Source: Schmidtea nova (lineage: Eukaryota). From it: 64,000 nucleotides of DNA. The DNA is taken from positions 219,294,001-219,358,000 of the forward strand of contig CM097882.1 in NCBI GenBank assembly GCA_044892505.1. Direction: 5' to 3'. The notes under the pieces are model-generated. The model saw only the letters and a list, made by a program, of their open reading frames with translations. It did not search any database and was not told the origin of the DNA. The position numbers were made by a program, and so were the translations under genes. Below, one piece after another: positions 26,704 to 36,800 of this stretch (position 1 is the first letter of the stretch; every line of letters begins with the position of its first letter).

Positions 26704-28452
26704 GGCGTTTGTTTTTAATTATAATAATAATAAAAATCATAGTAAAAATTATTTAAAAAAATTATAATAAAAATTATAATAAAAATTATTAAAAAAATTA
26801 TAATAAAAATTATTAAAGAAATTATAGTAAAAATGATAATAAAAATTATTAAAAAAATATAAAAAAAATTAATAAAAAAAATTATAATAAAAATTATAAT
26901 AAAAATTATTAAAAAAAATATAGTAAAAATGATAATAAAAATTATTAAAAAAAATATAATAAAAATTATAGTAAAATTATTAAAAAAATTATTAAAAAAA
27001 TTATAATAAAAATTATTAAAGAAATTATAGTAAAAATGATAATAAAAAATATTAAAAAAATATAAAAAAAATATAAAAAAAATTATAAAAAAAATTATAA
27101 TAAAAATTATAATAAAAATTATTAAAAAAAATATAGTAAAAATGATAAAAAAAATTATTAAAAAAAATTATAATAAAAATTATTACAAAAATTATAATAA
27201 AAATTATTAAAAAAATATAGTAAAAATGATAATAAAAATTATTTAAAAAAATATAATAAAAATTATAGTAAANNNNNNNNNNNNNNNNNNNNNNNNNNNN
27301 NNNNNNNNNNNNNNNNNNNNNNNNNNNNNNNNNNNNNNNNNNNNNNNNNNNNNNNNNNNNNNNNNNNNNNNNNNNNNNNNNNNNNNNNNNNNNNNNNNNN
27401 NNNNNNNNNNNNNNNNNNNNNNNNNNAAAATTATTATAAAAATTATAATAAAAAAATTATAATAATGATTAAAACAGAATAAAAACAAAAGATCTGCTGA
27501 TGCCTGAATAATTGCATTTATTATATTTTTAAAAATGAAATCACGCCAGAATCATATCAAACTGTAAACTAATTGTCAAACTCATTCAGAAAATCAGAGA
27601 AATACAGACCCAAATTGAAAGTCATCCCATGTTTAAGCATGAAAATTCTCTAGAACTGATAAATTTATATCACAAAAGATTAGAAGTGAGAATTATAGAA
27701 ATGGAAAAAAATGTCTTAACACAAATGTCTTTAGTATGAAGGAATTATCGAAAAATTGAGAGCAGAAATCAACAAAAAAGTTTCTCTCATTAAAATGGAC
27801 GAGTTAAAATGCCGAAAAAGAATTCTGAGAAGATTTAAATTCTGCACCGATACCGATGTGATTACGATGAAAGGTAGAATTGCCTGTGAAATCTCCACAG
27901 GCGACGAAATAATGCTTACGGAATTGTTACTCGACGGGGAATTTTCCGCCCTCACTGGAACGCAATTAGTAGCCTTCTTGTCGTGCTTCGTATTTGAGGA
28001 ATTCGTTAAAGAAATAATCGAGCCTCAAAATGATCTCGACAAGAGTCTAGAGAAATTGAAAGAACTCGCGAGACATATTAGTCGTACGAGTAAGGAATGC
28101 CGATTGGATGTATATCCTGCTATTGACGAGAAAGCTTATGTGGAAAGCTTCAAAGTCGGATTGATAGAAATCGTCCGAGCGTGGGCAAAAGGATCGACTT
28201 TCTTAAAATTGTGTGAAAACACAGAAGTCTATGAAGGGAGTATCATCAGATGCATTCGACGGTTAGACGAGTTGTTAGGCCAGCTTTATGAGGCCTCCAG
28301 AGTTATCGGGAATATTCAGTTAGAAAAGAAATTCGGAGAAGGTATGCATTTGTCTGCTTGCTTATCATGTTCTTTACCAATTTATTTCAGCTTCACAATT
28401 GATCAAACGTGGAATCATATTTTCATCTAGTCTTTATTTGAATGACAAATAA
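22967..28452 (+). CDS. MTREX: Exosome RNA helicase MTR4; join(22967..23019,23065..23409,23479..24212,24272..24564,24627..24903,24953..25131,25935..26327,27590..27685,27735..28341,28391..28452), 1012 aa
   Basis: [62 protein letters not shown], arch/KOW (PGRLV..V...DFGW), [27 protein letters not shown] and the C-terminal [13 protein letters not shown]. All introns are GT-AG and the exon sum of 3039 nt stays in frame. Confidence 0.95.
25160..25290 (-). repeat. Fragment of the 7935-8160 / 18090-18303 repeat inside an MTR4 intron
   Basis: tgtaacgttg.ta.tgcaacaaat...gaaactat.att.acc...gggtccaagggc.accga matches 8030-8150. Another fragment lies at ~5980-6105. Confidence 0.6.
26612..27460. repeat. 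(TA)n microsatellite (26612-26697) and AT-only minisatellite (aaaaattataat-type units) in MTR4 intron 7
   Basis: Seen directly; interrupted by an N gap. Confidence 0.9.
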
Positions 28453-28612
28453 TTTATTTAATAAAATTTATCAAATTCAGTTTTTTGTTTTTTTCATTTA
28501 TCCTATACAACATGTTTAAAAAGAGAATTTTTATCACTTTTGTTTCAAAAAAGGTCTAAAAATTTGTTTTAATTAATTAATTTTTGTTTTAACTTATATT
28601 TTTCACCAGTGT

Positions 28613-29590
28613 TGTCCAAGATGTGTTTCACAAGAAAGATCTGAAAACATTTAAAATTAGGTTTTATTACCGAGTTGCATAGAAAAACAAATCTACTTAA
28701 ATAAATGCTACTTAGAAATGACATTAAAATCTAATCAAAAAATCGGAAAGATTAAAGATGATTGACAGCGAATTGAGAGTGTATCTATCTAGCAACGGGA
28801 TTTTGAGTTTTTTTAGTGTGCCTAATAAACTACTCCTTCGAAACTGGGGTTTGCAAAACCGTGTTTCTTATAAAACCGGGATCTTAAAGAAAAAAATAAA
28901 ATCGCCAATATAGCAATACCTTCCTTAGAAAACGCTATTAAATAAAGATTATTTCATTTTTATTTTTAATTCAGATACAAAATTAACTAAAACCGGGTAC
29001 GATTTATTAAAATAGTATAAATAAGTAAAATATTGATAAGTAAAAAAATGTTTACAGAAAATGTTACTCTTTCTTTTATAAGTACTAAAGCATTTTTCGA
29101 CGTCCAAGATGTGTTCCACAAGAAAAATCTGAAAACATTTAAAATTACTTAGGTTTTGTTACCTTCGAGTTGCATAGAAAAACAAATCTATAACTTGTTT
29201 TTCTTTCTTCACAATGCTACTTAGAAATGACAAATCTAATCAAAAAATCGAAAAGATTAAAGATGATTGACAGCGAATTGAGAGGGTACCTATCCAGCAA
29301 CGGGATTTTGAGTTTATTTAGTGTGCCTAATAAACTACTTCGAAACTGGGGTTTGCAAAAACCGTGTTTCTTATAAAACCGGGATCTTAAAGGAAAAAAA
29401 TAAAATCGCCATTAAATAAAGATTTTTTTCAGTTTTATTTTTAATTATAATTTAGATACAAAAAGAACTAAAACCGGGTACGATTTATTAAAATAGTATA
29501 AATATAGATAATTAAATAAATGTATACTGAAAATTTTTCTCTTGCGAAAGAGTAATTCTTTTATAAGTACTAAAGCATTTTTCGACTTTT
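28613..29590. repeat. Imperfect tandem duplication of a ~490-bp unit covering the 3' end of the hAT relic
   Basis: gtccaagatgtgtt...agcaacgggattttgag...aaaaccgggtacg...gtactaaagcatttttcga occurs twice (~28613 and ~29102). Confidence 0.85.
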
Positions 29591-30481
29591 CACCAAGACG
29601 ACTTCTAATTTCATTGAAATAATTTTGTGATATAGAAAAGCTTTTTTCTGAGTCCGTTGAAGTTGGTTTGCATTGAAAACCACTTAAGAGCATTGAAAAG
29701 CAATTCTACTTGTTTTTTCTTTGTTGCTTTGAATAAATTACATTCTTCTAAATGTGTCAACATTAACAATATCTTGTGATATTTGCAACATCATTATTCA
29801 CATTTGTTATGGTAATCTCACATTCCTCACCATCTACCAAACTTTTTGGTTCTGATTCCATTTGAAAAATCTTTTAATCTTTTGCCAAAATTAAGTATTT
29901 CCGTTTTCGACAAATATGGCAGAGAATGATTGATTTGGTTTTTGCATTTTGATTTTTCAAATATTTCGCCTAAGGTACTAAATTAATATTTCTACGTTCT
30001 TGAACCCTGTTTTTTAATGAATTGAATAAACATTTTTCCTGATTTCCACATTTAGCTGATCAATTTTATTCAATATAAATTTTATTATGGTTTTGGTTGT
30101 AGCGTCTTTTTGTCCCAAAGCTTCCACTGCTACTTGAACGGGTGACAAAGCATCACAAATCTCTTTAAACATTATTTCAGAAATATAGAGCATATATAAT
30201 TTTTGTAAATCATCCATTGTTTTTTTTACACAATCACTGAGTTTTAAAAATCGTTGGATCATAAATAGTAAAGTATTCCAAAGAGTTTTAGAGTCTAAAA
30301 TTAGTTCAATCTCAACATTGAACGTTTGTTTTACATACTGATGTAAAATTGTGTGCGTAAAGGGGAACGCTTGAAAAATGTTTTAACCTTGCGAACAGAA
30401 TTATTACATACTTTGAATGAAATGTCAGAATATTCAACTTCATAATGTTCTTCATTTCCGAGTTCATCAAAATATTGGATA
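29445..30481 (-). pseudogene. hAT transposase relic, C-terminal half
   Basis: MIQRFLKL...LSPVQVAVEALG..DA, and the dimerization domain KPTSTDSEKSFS......IRSRLGEKSKNAL. Confidence 0.8.
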
Positions 30482-31640
30482 TGTTGAGGTTCCAAATATT
30501 TGCTATTTGCAATCTCAACTTGTTATTGGGGTGATTCGTATATAAATATCAAAAACAAAGTTTGCTTCAAAATTTTATTAATACAATAAAATTACTTTTT
30601 ATTCCGTTTACAATTAATAACTCAAATTCTTTATCACACAATTTTTTTAAAAAGAAAAAGTCGTGTCAAATCAATTCTTGTAATTGAACCTATTGGGTGA
30701 CTGCTATGTAGTGCGTGCTATATTTTATTTGTGGATCCAATGTTTCTGATCCGGGTTTTAATAAGTTTTTCAAGATTTCCTTGAAAACTCGATATTGCGC
30801 AGATTTTAATTCTTTAGTTTAAAATTAGATTTTAAAGCTATGCAATTTTTTGGGCGTTTTTTCTGATTTTTCCATCAGCTTATATAGTAAATTTTTATCT
30901 TGTTCGCCAATCATATAATTATATTAAAATATTTATATTTCAATCGGTCTTTTTAACCATCATATAATTATATTTATTAAAATATTTATATTTCAATCGG
31001 TCTTTTTAACCGGATTTTGTTTATTTTATCTGGCTCAATATCTAGAATAATATCTAGAATTTACATCTTGTCGTTTTACAATTTGCCGTTATCTAAAATT
31101 ATTATTTTTTATTAAATAAATATCTAAAATTTACAATTTGCCCTTTTTAATATATTATTATCTAAAATTATTATTTTTTATTAAACAAAAATTTATTATC
31201 TACAATTTGCCCTTTTTAATATATTATTACTTCACATCTCATGCACTGTCATATTTTTATTTATACAGATATATTACCTTATAGATTTTTACACAAATAT
31301 ATATATAAAATTCAAATGATAATATACGGAATATTTATGAAATTCAAGTACAGAATAATTATATACACTTCAAATACAGAATAATGACACTCATATACAA
31401 AATTTAAAAGTATATTAAATAATAAAGTTGTGATCACATAAACATAGTCATATAGTGATTATTTGAGGCTTTGTTGGCTTTGATTGAAGAAGGGTGATTA
31501 TTTGAGGCGATTGAAGATGGAGTCTGCATTATTTTCGGACTGGGTTTCTGCATATATATTAACCCTGTATCGATTAGGCCCTGTCCTGTAATATTTGTTC
31601 AGGGTAAATGCTTGGATGGGCTTCCCTCGATCATCCAACA
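30482..31640 (-). repeat. 3' LTR
   Basis: Direct repeat of 43238-44396 with the same 12756 offset at both ends; contains internal tandem duplications. Confidence 0.97.
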
Positions 31641-33450
31641 TTCCTCCCAGGGCCGTCAAAGTAATGTCCTCATTACCTTTTTCGCTCAGGACCATTTCAA
31701 TTTCTTTATCCTTTAATTTCATTACTGTTCTCTTGAATCCTTTCTTGATTGCAAGATTTAGGGTATCATCTTCCTCAATTCGTCTTCCGAAATGGGTACA
31801 TAATTGTTTTTCCGTTATCTCTTTTTGGTCGGCACCTATAATGAAGCTAGGTTCTTCCTCCTCTTCTATTTCCATTTCAATGTCTGGTTCTGGTCCTAAT
31901 TCGTCTTCTGCTTTTATTTTACTCTCCATTTCTTTTGTGAAGTTTTCTTCGTCGTTTTCCTCAACTGAAAAATACTCTTCGTCCGAATCTAAATCGCATA
32001 TGTCTTCTCTTTCTTTGTATTTTTGTATTAGTTGCGGTTTGTTTTTAATCATTATTTGATTTTCTGGTGGTCCTTCTTCTTTTGTAATCATTAGGTCATC
32101 ATCACTATCTTCATGTATTGTTTCTTCCATATCTGAATTTTCATCCATTATTATACTTTCTTCTTCGCTTTCCTTCAACTCTTCCATACATGATTTTCTG
32201 TTTTGCATCTGGTATAGGTCTCCTTTCATTTCGATATCGTCTGTTATTGGTGTATCACTTTGTAATGATGTTGAAGCTGCTGAATTCCATTTTATTATAG
32301 GTTCCCATTTGTCTTCTACTATTCCATATATTACCTTTAATATTGTTGTTGTCTTTCTGGCAGAAAATGGCTCACTTTCTACTAATGCTTCATTCAGTCT
32401 CTTATCTTTGTACCATCTCTTATGGTATTTAATCACTTGGTAAGCTAAATTGGATAGCTTAATTTTGAGTGGATCCACGTTTTTCACGAATGAGCACATA
32501 AATTTATCTCCGGCCATTTCTCTCATTCCTGCAATGTTGTCTAGACCAAATGTTAGCATTTTTAATTTATCTATCATGTCAAATCCTATGATTATTTTTC
32601 CCCACAACAGCTTTCTGATATCCAATAGCGCCTGGTACTCATCTTCATTTCCGACGATACTTTCTTTATTAATCATTGTTTTTTCTGTGCAGAAGTTTTT
32701 TATCTTCGTTCTTGGGGTTATCTTTTTGTTGTATATAATTTCACCGTTGTACTTTCTTATACATACTTCTACTGGTCGCTTGTTGTCATTTTTATCAATT
32801 GCAAATTTTGCATCCATGAACATAATTAGTTGGTGTCTCTCTTCTGTGGATAATTCATTGTGTGTGAAAGGTATTTTTTCATTTATCCAGCTTTGATTGT
32901 ACCAAGGTTTTGAAGGGATTGGCGGCATTGATTGGAATGGATTTGATATCAGAGGGATATAGAGTATCTCGATTCCTATGACACACGGTAAGTTGTTCAT
33001 TTGGATTATGAGGTGATTAAAATCGTCTGGCATACTTCTGTTGTTTGTAATTGTTTTGATGATGATTGAACAATTACTTGTTGTGATTATTGGTACTTTA
33101 TGTTGGCAAATTGATACCTCGGTTTTTGTCATGTGGAATAGGATTCTATGTGGTATTTTTTTCCCTTTGATTACCGCTTTGTCGACATTAAGATGTTTTT
33201 CAAATGTGCCGATTAGGTCTTTTAGTTTTGTTCGTCGAGCTTCATTAAATTTGATAATGTGTAGTTCTCTTTCTTCAATTTCCACTTTCATATCATTTGG
33301 GATGCATACTTGGTTTGGGAAGCTTCTGATTGTGATTGGATTTCCATCGGTACATATTTTGTTTTGTAGGGTTTTGTAAAAGTTTAGAGGATGTTTGTTG
33401 ATCATAGCCACATAGTTCATAGGTCGAGAATAATTTGGCTCTGATTGCAT
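31498..33450 (-). CDS. ORF3 (650 aa from ATG 33450): degenerate REXO4/ISG20-like DEDDh exonuclease domain, acidic tract, C-terminus encoded in the LTR
   Basis: LIMFMDAKF...EVCIRKYNGEIIYNKKITP..KIKNFCTEKTMI...LL.GKIIIGF..LKML...KLSNLA follows the REX4/ISG20 pattern. The track's extra 50 N-terminal aa come from the 45-bp repeats. Confidence 0.75.
   Translation of the reverse strand: MQSEPNYSRPMNYVAMINKHPLNFYKTLQNKICTDGNPITIRSFPNQVCIPNDMKVEIEERELHIIKFNEARRTKLKDLIGTFEKHLNVDKAVIKGKKIPHRILFHMTKTEVSICQHKVPIITTSNCSIIIKTITNNRSMPDDFNHLIIQMNNLPCVIGIEILYIPLISNPFQSMPPIPSKPWYNQSWINEKIPFTHNELSTEERHQLIMFMDAKFAIDKNDNKRPVEVCIRKYNGEIIYNKKITPRTKIKNFCTEKTMINKESIVGNEDEYQALLDIRKLLWGKIIIGFDMIDKLKMLTFGLDNIAGMREMAGDKFMCSFVKNVDPLKIKLSNLAYQVIKYHKRWYKDKRLNEALVESEPFSARKTTTILKVIYGIVEDKWEPIIKWNSAASTSLQSDTPITDDIEMKGDLYQMQNRKSCMEELKESEEESIIMDENSDMEETIHEDSDDDLMITKEEGPPENQIMIKNKPQLIQKYKEREDICDLDSDEEYFSVEENDEENFTKEMESKIKAEDELGPEPDIEMEIEEEEEPSFIIGADQKEITEKQLCTHFGRRIEEDDTLNLAIKKGFKRTVMKLKDKEIEMVLSEKGNEDITLTALGGMLDDRGKPIQAFTLNKYYRTGPNRYRVNIYAETQSENNADSIFNRLK
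31641..31650 (-). other. Polypurine tract
   Basis: Minus strand reads ...CTGGGAGGAA immediately before the TGTTGG start of the 3' LTR. Confidence 0.6.
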
Positions 33451-33465
33451 TGTTGATTGAAGACA

Positions 33466-33606
33466 CAAGAATCGGGATATTGATTGATAAGTTAGTAAAT
33501 AATAAAACACTAAGAATCGGGATATTGATTGATAAGTTAGTAAACGATAAAACACTAAGAATCGGGATATCGACTGATAAGTTAGTAAACGATAAAACAC
33601 TAAGAA
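33466..33606 (-). promoter_or_regulatory. Three 45-bp tandem repeats carrying branch-point and 3' splice-site motifs
   Basis: Minus-strand unit tgttttatcgttTACTAACttatcaatcaatatcccgaTTCTTAG. TACTAAC at plus 33491, 33536 and 33581; AG at 33510, 33555 and 33600. Confidence 0.6.
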
Positions 33607-33886
33607 TATAGATTGATAATGAGATCGAGATATGATTTTACGACTTGATTTGTGATTGGATTGAAAATTGGAACGATTTGATTGGGAGTTGGTTTGATTG
33701 TTTTGATTGTGCTGAGGATTTGATGTAAAACTGGCTTTATTGGGTTGTTTGTCAAATGGGTGACTTGTTTTTCTAAAAATAAAATGTAAATTTTTATGTT
33801 GAGAGCGTATTTCAGGTTTAACCTTATACGCTATTTTCTAGATACAGATATATGTGATTTTAATATATATTATTGACCAATTTAAC

Positions 33887-36800
33887 TTATACCAATGTGG
33901 ACCTCGAATATTCACCTGGTATATATTTAGCCAAATGGAAATGCCCTGGTACATTTCTGACCAGTTGGCTCCGATACCGCTGCCTTTTCCATTTGTACTT
34001 TTTATAAATTTGTACGCTAGTTATTAAAGCTAAAACTGCTAATGCTATTATTGATGTTGTGATGACATAAAAAGGCCAATGTGGATTTTTATCTTTTTTA
34101 CGAAATGCTTGTAGTTCCTCTAAGTTATGTATCACTATTGGTCTTCCTTGCCTTATTTTGATAGGTTCTTGTTTTTGTTTTTTGGCATTGTATTGTTTTT
34201 GGAGTTTGGCTATTCCAGTGCTTGTTGGTATTTCGTTTGTATGTAGTGTGGTATTTAGTCTATTATTTGATGTCGTTGTTGTGCTTTTTATTCTATCGGG
34301 TGTTATGTTTTGGTTTTTTATTATATCCTTGGGTAATTGTTCTGTTTTTATCTTTTTGCATCTCCATGTTGTTGTATCTGTGTTTCTCTGTATGCAGATT
34401 CTATATATTGTATTAGGTGTTAGTTTTGTGAAATTAATATAGTTTCCTCTTTCGATTTCGTTGGTTGTTCTGTCGTCCTTTCCTTTTATCATCTTTGGGT
34501 TTTTCCCATTCGTTGTTTGCATGTATAAATCAATTACTCCTCTATTTATGATAAATGCTCTAACTTCGTTTGTTGATATTTTTATTAATACTCTGTCAAA
34601 TTCTATTGTTTCGGTTGAGCCAACAATTGTTATGATTGTTAAGAAGATAGCCGATATTATTAGTTTGTTATGAGATCTTAGATTATACTTGTGAGGTTTA
34701 TCTATCGTGACCTCGGCTTCCGCCAACTTGCATCTGTTGACATGTACTACTATTGGATCCTCGTTTTTATGCTTTTGTAAATGTAAATTCTCATTTATTA
34801 CTTTTACTACTTCATATGGACCTTTATATGGTCTTGCTAATTTTGTTGTCTTTCCCTTTCCTACTTGTGGTGACATAAGTCTAACCTTATCACCTACTTT
34901 AAAGTTGTGTGGTTTACTATTTTTGTCGTAGTCGGCTTTGTATTGTTCTTGTCTATATTTGACTTTTAGATTGGCTACTTTATACACTTCTTGCAGTTTT
35001 TCCTGCATTAGTGTGACATAATCTGGTGCATCTAAATATTGTGATACTCGAGGTTCAAATATTGTATCTATTGGTGTTGCTGGCTCTCTTAAAAACATTA
35101 AATAATAATGCGAATATCCTGTTGTTTCGTTTGGAGTGATATTATGAATGTATGTGCATTGACTTATGTATTCGTCCCAATCATTTTGATTTTTTCCTAC
35201 AAAAACAGCTAGTCTGCTTAGTAATGTCCCATTAAATCTTTCTACTAGTCCATCAGTTTGAGGGTGATACGCTGTTGTGTTGATCTTTTGCATGTTAAAA
35301 ATATTAGCTACTCGTTTTATTAATTCACTAGTAAAATTTGTTCCTTTATCTGTTAATAATCTTTTGGGTGTGCCTATCTTGAAAATAATTTTTTCTATAA
35401 GCAATTTAGCAACTGTTTCTGCTGTTTCGTCTTTTGTTGGAAATGCTTCTGCCCATCTAGTAAAATAATCACTAAATACTAGTATATGTTTATTCCCATT
35501 AATTGTAGTAGGTAATTTACATAGAAAATCCATTGCACATAGTTCCATTGGTGATGTTGTTGCTGGAATGGGGTGTAACGGCGCTTTTGTTTTTGTACCT
35601 GTATTTTTTCTTGTTGCACATATTGTACACGCGTTACACCATCTCTTAACATCTTTTTTTAATTCTTCCCAGTAATATTTTTGTAATAATCTACTTGCTG
35701 TCTTTCTAGATGATAAGTGACCTCCTAATGCTCCATCGTGATATTGTAGTAGGAGTATTTGTCTTAATTTCTGAGGTACTACTATTAATTGCTTACCGTT
35801 GAAATCTTCTATTACTACTAATTTCTTTGATATTTTATATTTTGAATTGTTTTCTTTTCTGATTTCATTCCTTATTTTATTGATCTCTGGGTCTTTCATC
35901 TGTTCCTCATTTATATCTATTGGCTTTTCTGCTACTAGTGCAAATATTTCAAGTGCTCCTAATTCTGGTATTCTTGATAGTGCATCTGCGTTTTTATTTA
36001 TTCTACCTGGTTTATATATAATTTTTAGGTGCATGTCTTGTATTTTCATTGCCCATTTAAGTAATCTACTTGATGTATCTTTATGTTTCCATAAGCCTTC
36101 TAATGGTTTATGGTCTGTTCTTATTATCACTTCAGTTCCGTAGATGTATGGTTTGAATTGTTTTAGGGCAAATACTATTGCGTAACATTCTTTTTCTATT
36201 GTTGAATACCTCAGCTGTGCTCCTTTTAATGTTTTACTGGCATATGCTATTACGTAATCTTTCCCTTTCTCTTCTTCTTGGCCTAATACTGCTCCTACGG
36301 CTTTCCCGCTGGCATCCGTCATTACTATAAATTGTTTTTCGAAATTTGGGTATCTTAACACTGGTGCTGTTATCAATCTTTCTTTTAGTTTGTCGAATGC
36401 TTCTTGATGTTCTTTTGTCCATTTCTTTTGTATCTTGTTAACTTTATTGTTAATTTCTTGTACTATTAACACGTCTTTGCATTTTCCTTTTGTTTTAATT
36501 CCCTTTGTTAGTTCTATTATAGGTGTTGCTATCTTTGCATAATCTTGTATGAATTTACGATAGTATCCTGTTAAACCTAAAAACCCTTGTACTTGTTGTA
36601 CTGTTTTTGGTATTGGAAATTTCTTTACAACTTCTATTTTTTCTGGATTTGGTTTTATCCCTTCTACTGTGACTATATGCCCTAAAAATAGTGCCGAAGA
36701 CTCTGCCCATTTACATTTGGTTGGTTTAATTTTTATCCTTGCTTTTCTTAGTCTCTCAAGTACGTTTGTTATATCTTTTAGATGTTCCTCGAATGTCTTT

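Noticed and set aside
23543-28430. The separate ORF-track ORFs here as independent genes
   Set aside because: They are exons of one MTR4 gene with read-through into introns.
28780-29310. agcaacgggatttt as the hAT terminal inverted repeat
   Set aside because: No complementary copy was found beyond the transposase 5' half (45000-45500), so the hAT ends remain undefined.
33451-33600. Repetitive N-terminal 50 aa of ORF3 in the ORF track
   Set aside because: This is the translation of the 45-bp repeats from a non-ATG start. They are better explained as splice-acceptor repeats, with the real start at ATG 33450.
33466-33606. 45-bp repeats or the AT minisatellite at 26740-27460 as a CRISPR array
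   Set aside because: The repeats are head-to-tail with no unique spacers, there are no cas genes, and the context is eukaryotic.
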